This document shows positions 1 through 9,581 of a stretch of 64,000 nt of DNA, piece by piece. The position numbers were made by a program, and so were the translations under genes. Every line of letters starts with the position of its first letter. Position 1 is the first letter of the stretch. The stretch is taken from the NCBI RefSeq assembly GCF_049116455.1, contig NZ_JAGDYW010000006.1, positions 11,321 to 75,320 of the forward strand. The letters are read 5' to 3'. The notes below the pieces were generated by a model. The model ran no database searches, was not told the DNA's origin, and saw only the letters and a program-made list of their open reading frames with translations. The DNA comes from Cognatishimia sp. GTDB lineage: Bacteria; Pseudomonadota; Alphaproteobacteria; Rhodobacterales; Rhodobacteraceae.

Positions 1-553
1 AGCAAAGTTCTTGCAAAAGATCGGCGACTGCATGCAGCCGGGCGCTCTTTCTACACCATATGTGGAAGGCAAAGCATTAGCAGCACTTGGCCAAGGCGCA
101 ATGATGCCTGGCGGGTCTGCAGACTATGCGGGTTACCAAGAGATCAACCCAAATGTTGATCTAGGCGTGGTGCCTTTCCCAGGTGTTGGCGACAATGCCC
201 CGGCAACCGTAACCGGTCTGGAATACATCTACCTTGTGAACTCAGATTCTGAGCATTCCGATGAAGCTCTGACCTTCCTGCAGTGGATGATGAGTGAGAC
301 AGCGCAGCAGATGGTGGTTGATACCATCACCATGACCACAAACAAAAACGTGGTGCCTGCAGAAAACCGTATCCTGACCGAGTTCGTGGAAGCCGCACGT
401 AGCAAGGATATGCGCGTGTTCTATGAACTTCCAGAAACCGGCAACGTTTGGGCTGTTGCCCAGCAGAATACCGCGGCTCTGTTCCTTGGTGAAATGACAC
501 CAGAGGATTTTGCAGCAGCGCTGCAAGACGCTGTGGTTCCTTCAGCACAATAA
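1..553 (+). CDS. Carbohydrate ABC transporter substrate-binding protein (CUT1/family-1 SBP), C-terminal fragment; the 5' end lies outside the window
   Basis: The frame is open from the window edge to TAA at 551-553. The tail sequence (GYQEINPNVDLGVVPFPG, NVWAVAQQNTAALFLGEMTPEDFAAALQ) resembles the C-terminal lobe of MalE/UgpB-type binding proteins. Two CUT1 permease genes follow directly. Confidence 0.7.
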   Translation, partial: AKFLQKIGDCMQPGALSTPYVEGKALAALGQGAMMPGGSADYAGYQEINPNVDLGVVPFPGVGDNAPATVTGLEYIYLVNSDSEHSDEALTFLQWMMSETAQQMVVDTITMTTNKNVVPAENRILTEFVEAARSKDMRVFYELPETGNVWAVAQQNTAALFLGEMTPEDFAAALQDAVVPSAQ

Positions 554-575
554 CCGATCAGGTGAAAAACCACTC

Positions 576-600
576 GGTGGCAGGGCTTCGCTCTGCCACC
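576..600 (+). promoter_or_regulatory. Intercistronic GC-rich hairpin after the SBP gene
   Basis: GGTGGCAG (576-583) pairs perfectly with CTGCCACC (593-600) across a 9-nt loop. There is no U tract. It lies between the SBP stop and the permease start. Confidence 0.5.
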
Positions 601-620
601 TCACGATCCAGAGGTAACCG

Positions 621-1556
621 ATGCCTGCAAATCCCATGCGCAAACCACCTTCGCAATTCACACTAAAGTACGGACACCTTTGGTTTGTTTTGCCCGGCTT
701 TGCTTTCTTCCTCGCCGTTATGCTTATGCCTCTGTGCTTTGCATTTGGTATCTCACTGACCGACTGGTCCGGTCTTGGGAACAATGTGCAGTTTGTTGGG
801 CTGGCGAATTACTTCGAAATTTTGACCTATTGGCCGTTCTATCGCGCGGCTTTCCACAACGCGATTATCTTTATCGCGATCCTCGTTTTTCAGCATTCCG
901 TCGGCCTATATCTGGCCGTTCTTTTGAACGACAAACCACGTTTCATGCAGTTTTACCGCACGGTCTTATTCCTGCCAGTGATCATGTCTCTTGTGGCGAC
1001 AGGCTTTGTCTGGACCTTGATGCTGTCCCCGAACATTGGCCTTATCAACCCAATGCTGGATGCAATCGGGCTGGGTTTTCTGAAGGGCCAATGGCTATCC
1101 AAACCAGGTTCCGCGCTGGCTGTGATCATCTTTGTGACCGCTTGGAACTCTATGGGCTGGTCGATCATTATCTACCTGTCCGGCCTACAAAACGTACCGG
1201 AAGAGCTAAAGCAAGCCGCCGAAATGGACGGCGCAAACTCCCGTCAGGTCTTTTGGCGCGTGGTCTTCCCGCAGCTTTCGCCAGCCTTCACCGCCCTGAC
1301 CGTTTTGACGTTCATCGGCACATTCCGAACCTTTGATGTCGTCTATGTCCTCACCGGCCCTCTTGGTGCGCCAAACTTTGGCACCGACGTTTTGGGCACC
1401 CTGATCTACCGGACAGCCTTTGGCGGCTCGTCTTTTTCTAGCGCCGACATTCGCTTTGCCTTCGGCATCGCCATGGCGCTTCTGATGATGGTGGTCATGG
1501 CAGCGATTTGTTGGGGACTGATCCGAATTCTACGCAACCGGGAGATCGACGCATGA
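621..1556 (+). CDS. Carbohydrate ABC transporter permease (MalF/UgpA-like, CUT1)
   Basis: A 311-aa ORF with multiple hydrophobic helices and an EAA-loop-like motif (EELKQAAEMDGANSRQVFWRVVFPQL). Confidence 0.9.
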   Translation: MPANPMRKPPSQFTLKYGHLWFVLPGFAFFLAVMLMPLCFAFGISLTDWSGLGNNVQFVGLANYFEILTYWPFYRAAFHNAIIFIAILVFQHSVGLYLAVLLNDKPRFMQFYRTVLFLPVIMSLVATGFVWTLMLSPNIGLINPMLDAIGLGFLKGQWLSKPGSALAVIIFVTAWNSMGWSIIIYLSGLQNVPEELKQAAEMDGANSRQVFWRVVFPQLSPAFTALTVLTFIGTFRTFDVVYVLTGPLGAPNFGTDVLGTLIYRTAFGGSSFSSADIRFAFGIAMALLMMVVMAAICWGLIRILRNREIDA

Positions 1557-2416
1557 GTTCTCAAAATATGTTGAGCCAAAGCCAAGGCCCGCTCACTCTG
1601 TTCTTAGGGAAATCCTTCCGCACCTCTGTGCTGGTGATCGCATCTCTTTGGGTTTTGACGCCGATCCTCTTTATGATCATCGCGTCGTTCAAATCTGTTC
1701 CTGAGTTCTTCATCAATCCGTTTGGGCTGCCTGAAGACTGGAAGATCGAAAACTATTCGCGTGCCTGGACCGAGGCCGATCTTGCGCTCACCCTGCCGAA
1801 CACCATCTTGGTGACCACCACAGCGGTTCTGATCAGCACGATCCTTGCGACCATGATCGCCTATGGTCTCAGCCAGAAAAGCAAACCTTTTGCGATGGGG
1901 CTTTATACGCTGTTCGTGGCAGGTCTGCTTGTCCCAGTACATGCGATTATCCTGCCTCTGTTTGTGGTCCTGAAAGCTGTCGGCTTGTTCGGCACTCTGC
2001 TCGCGCTGATCGTACCCTATATCGCGATGGGTCTGCCGTTGGGTGTCCTAGTGCTTACGCCGATTGCAGCCGCCCTGCCCCGCGATCTGATCCACGCAGC
2101 CCGCATGGACGGAGCAACAGAATGGCAGATTTTCTGGCGCATTGTTATGCCTCTGATGAAGCCCGGTTTGATTTCTGTCGCCATCTTGAACGGTGTTTGG
2201 ATGTGGAACGAATTCTTTATCCCGCTGATCTTGGCCTTTAAGCCGGAAGTTCAAACAATGCCCGTCGGAATCGTGTCCTTCATCGGCTCCTATTCAACCG
2301 AGTGGGGTCTGGTTTTCAGTTCGGTGGTCGTCTCCACATTGCCTGTGGTCATCGCCTACCTCTTGATGACACGCCAATTCCAATCTGGCCTAACAGCCGG
2401 TGCTGTCAAAGGGTAA
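1553..2416 (+). CDS. Carbohydrate ABC transporter permease (MalG/UgpE-like, CUT1)
   Basis: ATG at 1553 overlaps the upstream TGA (ATGA coupling). EAA-loop motif DLIHAARMDGATEWQIFWRIVMPLM. The ORF-track start at 1508 is probably an upstream extension. Confidence 0.9.
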   Translation: MSSQNMLSQSQGPLTLFLGKSFRTSVLVIASLWVLTPILFMIIASFKSVPEFFINPFGLPEDWKIENYSRAWTEADLALTLPNTILVTTTAVLISTILATMIAYGLSQKSKPFAMGLYTLFVAGLLVPVHAIILPLFVVLKAVGLFGTLLALIVPYIAMGLPLGVLVLTPIAAALPRDLIHAARMDGATEWQIFWRIVMPLMKPGLISVAILNGVWMWNEFFIPLILAFKPEVQTMPVGIVSFIGSYSTEWGLVFSSVVVSTLPVVIAYLLMTRQFQSGLTAGAVKG

Positions 2417-2496
2417 CGAAAGTCTAAAGCGCTGATTTCAAGGTAGAAAGTCCGACGCAGGTTCAGACTTCCAAACCGTGAAAACACCTCAAATTG

Positions 2497-2535
2497 AACC
2501 CTATCTGACGGTACATCAAATAGGGTTTTCTTTTT
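2497..2535 (+). terminator. Rho-independent terminator of the CUT1 ABC operon
   Basis: AACCCTAT (2497-2504) pairs with ATAGGGTT (2520-2527), followed by TTTTCTTTTT. Confidence 0.7.
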
Positions 2536-2555
2536 ACACGTACGCTGAATGCGCC

Positions 2556-3583
2556 CTAAACTTTCCGCACAATCGCGTCGGCAGGTTGGATTTGAATCTT
2601 CTCACCCGTCCCAAACAGATGCCCAACTTCGACCTCTGATTTCCCATAGTTAAAGACCACACGGAAATCGCCATTGCAGCGCATGCGGATGTCCTGCGGC
2701 ATGTCAAACCACTCGATACCGGCCTGATCCATTTCTGCGCGAAACAATTGATCAAGGCTGTCAGAATCCAGACGCCCCGCAACATAGGTCACGGGTCCGT
2801 TTCTCAGGATCGCGGGCGTCCCATCTTCGGTCTTTTGCACGACCTCCACACCTTCTCCCGCAATAATAAACTCGCGCCAGCCTTGGAATTCCCCGCCACC
2901 TTCAAGAGGGATTGGAGAGAATGCACGCCGCGTTTCAATCCGGCGCACGGCGATATCGATCAGGCTTTGCAAAGCTCATAGCCGAAATTTGGTTCTCCGT
3001 TTGGCAGCAATAGCCCCTCATGCATCTGCTCCTGCCCGAAATGTGGCTGGCGCCAACGGAAAAAACTGACAACTTCGGCCCCGGCCACGAAAGCCTCCCA
3101 CACCCAAAGGCGCTCTGCCCCCTTTTCGGGATTGTGATTGAAGGTTCCCCAGTTCAATGGCCCGTAAGGCTGTTGCTCTATCACCCACCAGCGTCCATTT
3201 TCAGTGCCATTCCGCATTTGACCACAGGCGCGATAGAGATCGTGGTGGAATGGATCAAAATCAGGATCACCAACGCCCATGTGCCGCTTTAGCAGTTCTT
3301 CATCCCCAATCTCGCGCTCTAGGAACCCCAGCGGGTATGCGTCCCAGCTTGAAATATCCAAGTCCTCACTCAGCGCGTAATAGTCAAAGTCAAAGAACTT
3401 GCCCATGAAATTGTGCACTACAGCGCGGGCCGGTGAATACTTCCGCAGGATGTCGCTTACCCGATTTCGGGTGACCAAAATCGGAGGCACGATTTCCTGG
3501 CATATTCCAAACGCTGACAATTCATGGCGCGGTATGCGGCGTTGCCGGCGGGCTTGAACCTTCAGCTCGGGGCCATCATCCAA
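2556..3583 (-). pseudogene. GH42 beta-galactosidase remnant (N-terminally truncated, frameshifted, internally deleted)
   Basis: Two overlapping ORF fragments lie in different frames (2960-3583 and 2556-2972). Fragment 1 carries the GH42 nucleophile region (GRWWVIEQQPYGPLNW). Fragment 2 resembles the GH42 C-terminal domain. Roughly the first 180 residues, including the acid/base region, and part of the trimerisation domain have no counterpart. The region upstream (3584-3800) has no matching frame. Confidence 0.7.
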
Positions 3584-3800
3584 TCGCCATCAGGCACCGG
3601 CAGAGAGGCTGTATTTAGCGATATTTCAATAAGCGAAAACGTCCCCAAAAATCTGCGCGATGGCAGTTGAGAAATCGCTCATGGCCTCTTTATCGAAGTT
3701 CAAAGTTCCCCACAAAAAGAAGGAGGGCGACTAAAGATTTTGGCATTACCCAAAATCGCTAGCCGCCCTACCAACAGTTCCTCAAGAATGGGTTACCCCA

Positions 3801-5108
3801 TCATTTTGCAAAGGCCAATTCTGGGAGGAAGGTGGCAATTGCAGGTATGAACATAATCATAATCAAGGTGATCACTTCCACTTGCAGGAACCACCAAATC
3901 CCACCGAAAATCTCTTTCAATGAGAAGTCAGGTACGACGCCTTTGAGAATGAAGGCGTTCAAGCCAACCGGAGGTGTGATCAAGCCAATCTCCAAAGTCT
4001 TAACGATCACGATCGCAAGCCAAATTGGATGGGCACCTAGCTCAATGAGCGGTGGTACAAAAATCGGTACGGTCAAGAACATCACTGAGACCGGATCAAC
4101 CATGCAACCGAGCACAAGGAGCAGCAAGACATAGATGCACACGATGCCCATCATCGACATATCCAGGCCAATGATATACGCAGACACCGCGCCAGATGCG
4201 CCGCTTACTGCAAGGTAGGAAGAGAAGATCAGAGCACCCACAAGGATAATGAAGATAACAGACGTAGTCTGTGCCGTATCCAAGAAGACCTCTTTGAGCA
4301 TCGGGAAATTCATCCGCTTGCGAACGGCCGCAATCAGGAAAGACCCAACCGCCCCAATAGCTCCTGCTTCTGTCGGGGTGATAAGACCGGCATAGATGCC
4401 ACCGATCACAATCCCGCCAAGCATCATGAAACTCCAAACACCTTTCAGGGAATGAATGCGCTCTTCAATGCTCGCCTTTGGAAGGGGTGGCGCCATCTCT
4501 GGATTGCGGCTTACACGTATCCAAATCATGATCAGATACGCAAAGGCTGTCAGCAAACCGGGGATGATGCCAGCGATCAGCAGCTTCGGAATCGATTCAC
4601 GTGCAATGATACCGTAGACGATAAGGTTGATGCTTGGCGGGATCATACCGGCAAGGGTCCCCACAGTTGCAACACAACCGGCCGCCAGTTTGCGGTTAAC
4701 CTTTAAGCGCAGCATCTCTGGGATGGCAACGCGTCCGAAAACCGCTGTAGAAGATGTTGTTGACCCAGAACAGGCGGCAAAGGCGACGGCGGCAACTGTT
4801 GTGGCGATCACAACACTACCTTTTACATGCCCTAGCCAAGCCCGTGTGGCAGTGTAAATATCCTGCGTAATGCCTGCCTTGGCAGCAACGTGTCCCATTA
4901 ACAAGAACAACGGGATTGCACTTAAAGCGTACCCAGACCCGATGTCGAACAACCGTCCGCCAAGGGTGTCTAAAGTAATTGAGACACCTCGAATGAGGGC
5001 AAAGCCCAAAGCGCCTGAAAGAAGCAGGGAAATGCCAACCGGTACGCGCAGGATCATCAAAAATCCGACCATCCCGATCACAAGTGGGACTTGAATTGAC
5101 TCTATCAT
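3801..5108 (-). CDS. dctM: TRAP transporter large permease (DctM family)
   Basis: A 435-aa polytopic membrane protein. It overlaps the upstream small-permease gene by 4 nt. The order is the typical DctP-DctQ-DctM. Confidence 0.9.
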   Translation of the reverse strand: MIESIQVPLVIGMVGFLMILRVPVGISLLLSGALGFALIRGVSITLDTLGGRLFDIGSGYALSAIPLFLLMGHVAAKAGITQDIYTATRAWLGHVKGSVVIATTVAAVAFAACSGSTTSSTAVFGRVAIPEMLRLKVNRKLAAGCVATVGTLAGMIPPSINLIVYGIIARESIPKLLIAGIIPGLLTAFAYLIMIWIRVSRNPEMAPPLPKASIEERIHSLKGVWSFMMLGGIVIGGIYAGLITPTEAGAIGAVGSFLIAAVRKRMNFPMLKEVFLDTAQTTSVIFIILVGALIFSSYLAVSGASGAVSAYIIGLDMSMMGIVCIYVLLLLVLGCMVDPVSVMFLTVPIFVPPLIELGAHPIWLAIVIVKTLEIGLITPPVGLNAFILKGVVPDFSLKEIFGGIWWFLQVEVITLIMIMFIPAIATFLPELAFAK

Positions 5109-5641
5109 TGTTCTTTCTCGCCGACTGCGGCGTCCTCAAGCAGTTCATTGTTTAGGATCAGGTTGATGAGCTGGACTAGGAACCGCAGCGAGAACAAAGC
5201 CAGCCCGACGGGAATACCCGCACGCGCCCACCAGGTTTTCACCTCGATAATGCCAAGCACTGTGTCGCCCATGACATAATTGCTCAATGCGGACGCCCCA
5301 GTTGTCCAGGTCAAGGCCGCGAAAAACACGAATACGATGAACAGATAAATGCCCTGCGTGATCTTCTTAAAAATATGGGGCATGTGGTCATACAGAATTC
5401 CCACCGTGATATGCGCATCGCGGCGTTGCGAATAGGCAAGCCCCAAATAGATCAAGTAGACAAACATCAAGCTGACGTATTCGTAGGCACCCGGCATACT
5501 TTTCTGAAACAGCGCACGTGCGAGAACTTCAAGCATCGTGAGCGACATCATGATTGCAACAGCTAAGGCTGACGCGTAACAGGCAATTTCTTCCAGCTTC
5601 CTCTGTAGCCAAAAGGTGCTGCTGGTTAGACTGGCCATCAA
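5105..5641 (-). CDS. dctQ: TRAP transporter small permease (DctQ family)
   Basis: A 178-aa protein with 4 hydrophobic helices, located between the DctP and DctM genes. Confidence 0.85.
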   Translation of the reverse strand: MMASLTSSTFWLQRKLEEIACYASALAVAIMMSLTMLEVLARALFQKSMPGAYEYVSLMFVYLIYLGLAYSQRRDAHITVGILYDHMPHIFKKITQGIYLFIVFVFFAALTWTTGASALSNYVMGDTVLGIIEVKTWWARAGIPVGLALFSLRFLVQLINLILNNELLEDAAVGEKEQ

Positions 5642-5745
5642 GGCATCCTTCCCTCAAAAAGTAGAGATTTGAACAGGTTGTACACTAAGATTATTGTACC
5701 GAGTTCACGACTATCCGTACATTCATCAGTGTCTTGGAGATGTTA

Positions 5746-5781
5746 CGCCGCCCACAACCTGTTCAGTCGTCTTGGGCGGCG
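5746..5781 (-). promoter_or_regulatory. Intercistronic hairpin downstream of dctP
   Basis: CGCCGCCCA (5746-5754) and TGGGCGGCG (5773-5781) form a perfect 9-bp stem. There is no U tract. It lies in the 175-nt dctP-dctQ spacer. Confidence 0.5.
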
Positions 5782-5815
5782 CATTTGTCGTCAGGCGAAT
5801 GGCCTGTATTTGGTC

Positions 5816-6832
5816 TTAGAGGTCGTCGTTCTTTTCAAGAAGCGATACGAACTCATCCAGAACAGCTTTACCTGGCAGACCCTCAGCTTCGCGAGCTTCG
5901 GCCCAGTTATTCCAAGCCACATCACGCGCACTGATCATCTTGTCCCATTCTGCGTCGTCAAACTTCACAACTTCAGTTTGCTTTTTCAGCGCATCTACTG
6001 CTTCACCTTCAGTTGCTTCAAGCAGCAGGCGGGCCTGTGAAACAGTCTCGTAGCGAACTTCTTCGATCACGGCCTTCACGTCATCAGGCAGACCATTCCA
6101 AGTGTCTAGGTTCATGGCAACAGGCAGTGGGAAGTAGAACCAGTCTACAGCGTCCCAGTAGCTAAAGATCTCACCGAAGCCGAATGCATAGGCATCCGCA
6201 GGTGCGCCGATGATCGCTGCTGTCACAACTTTACGCTCTGCGGCAGCTGGCAGTTCGCCCCAAGGGATACCGTAAACAGAGATATCCAGAGCCTTCAACA
6301 TTTCAGCCGCACCACCGTGCGCGCGGATTTTGGCCCCTTTCAGATCTTCGATCGAACGGATCGGATCGTGCGACAGCATCTGGATGGAACCCCACTGACC
6401 TGGGTACAGGTACTTCAGGTTCATCGCAGTGAATTCAGCTTCAACTGCCGGAGTCTGGAACAGTTCGTGACCGGAATGCACGTGCGCCATTGGGTTGTCG
6501 GTCATGAACGGCAGCGATGTGACGTTCGCAAGTGGGAACAAGCCAGGGTTATAAACCGGAGAGAAATCCCCCATGTCAAACGCGCCAACTTTGATGTTCT
6601 CAGGCTGACCTGACAACTTGCCAAGTGGGCCGCCGAAGATGCGTGTAAATTTAACTTTACCTTCGGTGCGCTCTTCGACTTCATCCATGAACCAGCGCGT
6701 CGCCAGGTTGGATGGACCTTTGCCTGTGAAGGCGTGGTATTTGATATCGATTTCTGCTGCTGCAGATAGTGTTGGTGCTGCCAGTGAGGCCGCAACCAAT
6801 GCACCTGCGCAAAGTGATTTGATCATTTTCAT
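5816..6832 (-). CDS. dctP: TRAP transporter substrate-binding protein (DctP family)
   Basis: A 338-aa protein with an N-terminal signal peptide (MKMIKSLCAGALVAASLAAPTLSAAA). It has a DctP-like sequence and heads the Q/M genes. Confidence 0.9.
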   Translation of the reverse strand: MKMIKSLCAGALVAASLAAPTLSAAAEIDIKYHAFTGKGPSNLATRWFMDEVEERTEGKVKFTRIFGGPLGKLSGQPENIKVGAFDMGDFSPVYNPGLFPLANVTSLPFMTDNPMAHVHSGHELFQTPAVEAEFTAMNLKYLYPGQWGSIQMLSHDPIRSIEDLKGAKIRAHGGAAEMLKALDISVYGIPWGELPAAAERKVVTAAIIGAPADAYAFGFGEIFSYWDAVDWFYFPLPVAMNLDTWNGLPDDVKAVIEEVRYETVSQARLLLEATEGEAVDALKKQTEVVKFDDAEWDKMISARDVAWNNWAEAREAEGLPGKAVLDEFVSLLEKNDDL

Positions 6833-7067
6833 TTTGGTTCTTCTCCCTTTTATAGTTTCTCGTCATTTCAGACGAAAGGCAAACGCCCTTACGGGTGACC
6901 CAGATGTCTCTCTGCAAACTCCTCTATGCCGAGGTCCACCTGATTTATTTCGTCACATACTCATTGATTAGCTCTGTTCCGACGGCTGGGTCATGGGGGA
7001 TCACGCCCTGATTTTGCGGAAACCCGCACCTTAGTCGAGCACATCCGCAAACAGGATTGATTGCGCC

Positions 7068-7523
7068 CTATTTCCTGACCCAACTCTCCTGAATCTCACA
7101 TCCCGCACGACGCAACAAAATCGACACAGGGCATTTCTCACCGGTGATACGCTGAAGCTTTGCAATATCTTCATCGCTTGCATCTGTATCCAAAATCACC
7201 TTCAGTTCGATCACTGGGAAAGGCGATTCAATCTCGGCTTTGCCAAAAACGCCGCGGGTATCAAAGTGTCCGCAGACTTCGAAATCCATGCTGCGAACAT
7301 CCATCTTCAGTAGACCCGCGACGTAGTTTCCGATCACATTCGTGCAGCCCAAGAAAGAAGACAGCATTGTTTCCAAAGGCGTCGCGAAAAGATCGGTGCC
7401 ACCGCGTTCTGGCGGCTCGTCCGTTGTTACAACTTTGCCGCGTGCAACCATCTCAGTGCGTGCATGCGATAGAGCGCGTCCCTTAACATCGATCTTGAAC
7501 AGATCAGGCATGACATGTGCCAT
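7068..7523 (-). CDS. OsmC/Ohr family protein
   Basis: A 151-aa protein with OsmC-like sequence (GGTDLFATPLETMLSSFLGCT ... TGEKCPV), including the two conserved Cys positions. Confidence 0.75.
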   Translation of the reverse strand: MAHVMPDLFKIDVKGRALSHARTEMVARGKVVTTDEPPERGGTDLFATPLETMLSSFLGCTNVIGNYVAGLLKMDVRSMDFEVCGHFDTRGVFGKAEIESPFPVIELKVILDTDASDEDIAKLQRITGEKCPVSILLRRAGCEIQESWVRK

Positions 7524-7586
7524 ATTAGGTTCCTTGATTCAGTCTATTAACTTGGCCAGAACCTGCATTGCTCTGGCCGTTAGAAT

Positions 7587-8477
7587 TTAAAACAGCGGCA
7601 GTCCCGGCGTTTTAACTTTGATGCGGTAAAGTGAGGTCGAGGACGTGAAGTAGAGATCGTTTAGATCCTCCCCACCCCACGCAAAGTTCGCAGTGAACTC
7701 AGCCATTCGGATCACACCCAGCGTCTCGCCGCTTGGCGTGATCACATGAACTCCACCCGGGCCGGTGCAATAAACATTGCCCACGCTGTCAATCTTCATG
7801 CCATCGGGGTGCCCTTCCCCCTGCCCTACCGTCACGTCGACCCAAACATCGCCACCTGTCGCAGTGCCATCTTCGGCAATATCAAACTTGCGGATATGCT
7901 TGCGGTCTGTGTCATTCACATAAAGCGTCTTCTGGTCGAGCGAGAAACACAGGCCGTTTGGCTGGGCAAAATCATTCGCCAACTGGGTGATGGTTTTGCC
8001 ATCAGGTGTCACACAATAGACCCCCTGCTCACCCATCTCCACGTCACGCTCAACACCGAAATAGTCCAGACGGCCATAGGTCGGATCGGTGAAGTAGATC
8101 AGCCCATCGTTGCGAACAACGATATCATTTGGGCTGTTCAGCTCTTTCCCATCATAATGAGTGGCCAAGGTGGTGATGCTGCCATCCTGCTCTGTACGCG
8201 TGACAGAACTTGTGGCGTGTTGGCAGGTCAACATGCAGCCATTGGCATCATAGGTGTTACCGTTGCCCATATTGCTAGGCTTGCGGAAAGACGACACAGT
8301 GCCGGTTGCATCCAGACGAAACAATTCGTTGCCCGGGATATCAGAAAACGTCAGGTGTTTTTCCACTGGATGCCAAATCGGGCCCTCCAGAAACAAGAAC
8401 CCCCCAGCCACTTTCTCTAGGGATGCATTCGCATCAACGATGTCATGCATCCCTTCCATACGCACTTCGATAGTCAT
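7587..8477 (-). CDS. SMP-30/gluconolactonase/LRE-family lactonase
   Basis: Beta-propeller lactonase motifs (LEGPIWHP, SPNDIVV, FTDP, PNGLCFS, PDGMKID). ATG at 8477 overlaps the upstream TGA (ATGA). The ORF-track start at 8522 is judged an extension. Confidence 0.85.
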   Translation of the reverse strand: MTIEVRMEGMHDIVDANASLEKVAGGFLFLEGPIWHPVEKHLTFSDIPGNELFRLDATGTVSSFRKPSNMGNGNTYDANGCMLTCQHATSSVTRTEQDGSITTLATHYDGKELNSPNDIVVRNDGLIYFTDPTYGRLDYFGVERDVEMGEQGVYCVTPDGKTITQLANDFAQPNGLCFSLDQKTLYVNDTDRKHIRKFDIAEDGTATGGDVWVDVTVGQGEGHPDGMKIDSVGNVYCTGPGGVHVITPSGETLGVIRMAEFTANFAWGGEDLNDLYFTSSTSLYRIKVKTPGLPLF

Positions 8478-8683
8478 GACTGGGACCTCAGCTCTTTGAC
8501 ACGTGTGCCACCTGAGAACCAATCGGTCTCGTCGACTTCTTCAAACGTCACCCAAACATTTTCTTTGGGGATCCCTGCCGCTTCGGAAAGCGAATTGGTA
8601 ATAGCCGTCTGCACCGTTTCTTTGATGGTGTCCGGGTCATGCTCAATGACTTGTTTCACGATGCGGATATTCACAAACGGCAT
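8474..8683 (-). CDS. 4-oxalocrotonate tautomerase family protein
   Basis: A 69-aa protein beginning MPFVNIRI (catalytic Pro1 after Met removal). Size and sequence are typical of the 4-OT family. Confidence 0.8.
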   Translation of the reverse strand: MPFVNIRIVKQVIEHDPDTIKETVQTAITNSLSEAAGIPKENVWVTFEEVDETDWFSGGTRVKELRSQS

Positions 8684-8829
8684 CGGTATCCTCCCTTAAT
8701 TATCCCGCTTCCCGTTTTGGTCGGGGCGGTTTGTCATGTTGGGATCAGATTAGGAGGATGATTCTTGAACGTATGCGTCAACACGCGCAGCATGTACGCG
8801 GGAACCCGCAAGACGTTGATTTAAAACAC

Positions 8830-9561
8830 TTAAAGATCGTTCGTGGTCAGCCAATTTTGCAGATTTTCTTCTTCGCGACGCAGCGCATCTGCATTCAAAA
8901 TACCTTGTGACAGGGCCAAGGAGATAACCCGTGTTCTGGAATTGAAACTTGGGCCCCAGTGCCCGACCGGAATATCGGCCTTGTCCAGCCCAAGCTTCTG
9001 ATAAAGATGCTGCAAACGGCTTTGCGCCCCACGCAATGACACATTGCGCCGCGCCGCCATGGCTTTATCCGTCAGGCCCAGACACAGATCGACCAAAGCC
9101 TCGTACTCCAGTTCGCTCAGTCCCGACAATCGGTCCCCTGCCCTCTGCTGCACGCCGCGTACTTCACGGTCAATCACGCATTGCTCTGCAATAAAAACAC
9201 CCTGTAAAGCCAGCTTCAGCTGCTCTTCGGGTGCAGACTTTAGAATATAGCCATACACAGCTGCTCCTGGCACAATCTTTGTGATGCCCCGAATGTACGC
9301 TTCTTCTGTGTAATTGGACCAAAAAAGGATTTTGGTACGTGGCTGTCGTGCCCAGATAGACTTGGCAACTTCTACCCCAGTGACCTTGGGCATTTGTAAA
9401 TCTAAAACCACGGAATCGTATTCAGAACTTTCAAAGGCTGCAATAGCGTCCTGCCCATCAGCAGTGATGGTCAGCTCTTGTAAGTCCGGTAAAGTACTGC
9501 GCGCCACTGACTCCAGAAAGGAGCGGTGCAATTTGTCATCTTCGGCAATCAAAAGGCGCAT
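8830..9561 (-). CDS. Response regulator, NarL/FixJ class (receiver + LuxR-type HTH)
   Basis: The receiver domain has the acidic pocket (EDD), a phospho-acceptor context (VVLDLQMP) and LKSAP. The C-terminal LuxR/GerE HTH (LSELEYEALVDLCLGLTDKAMA...LYQKLG) carries an apparent ~13-residue insertion before the last helix. Confidence 0.85.
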   Translation of the reverse strand: MRLLIAEDDKLHRSFLESVARSTLPDLQELTITADGQDAIAAFESSEYDSVVLDLQMPKVTGVEVAKSIWARQPRTKILFWSNYTEEAYIRGITKIVPGAAVYGYILKSAPEEQLKLALQGVFIAEQCVIDREVRGVQQRAGDRLSGLSELEYEALVDLCLGLTDKAMAARRNVSLRGAQSRLQHLYQKLGLDKADIPVGHWGPSFNSRTRVISLALSQGILNADALRREEENLQNWLTTNDL

Positions 9562-9581
9562 TAGTAATCCTGTATAAAAGG

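Noticed and set aside
3626-3682. An 18-codon minus-strand mini-ORF (MSDFSTAIAQIFGDVFAY) preceded by AAGAGG.
   Set aside because: The Shine-Dalgarno-like motif is only 2 nt from the ATG. The ORF lies in the presumed deletion joint next to the GH42 remnant and is more likely debris than a gene.
8478-8522. N-terminal extensions suggested by the ORF track. Examples are 8522 for the lactonase, 27746 and 56490 for the GMC genes, 59391 for the SBP-like gene, 62312 for the crotonase, 34032 for the dehydratase, and 29486 and 59507 for binding proteins.
   Set aside because: In each case an internal ATG has a good RBS or an ATGA/TGATG coupling with the upstream gene. That ATG also begins at the conserved N-terminal motif, whereas the extension overlaps the upstream gene or lacks an RBS.
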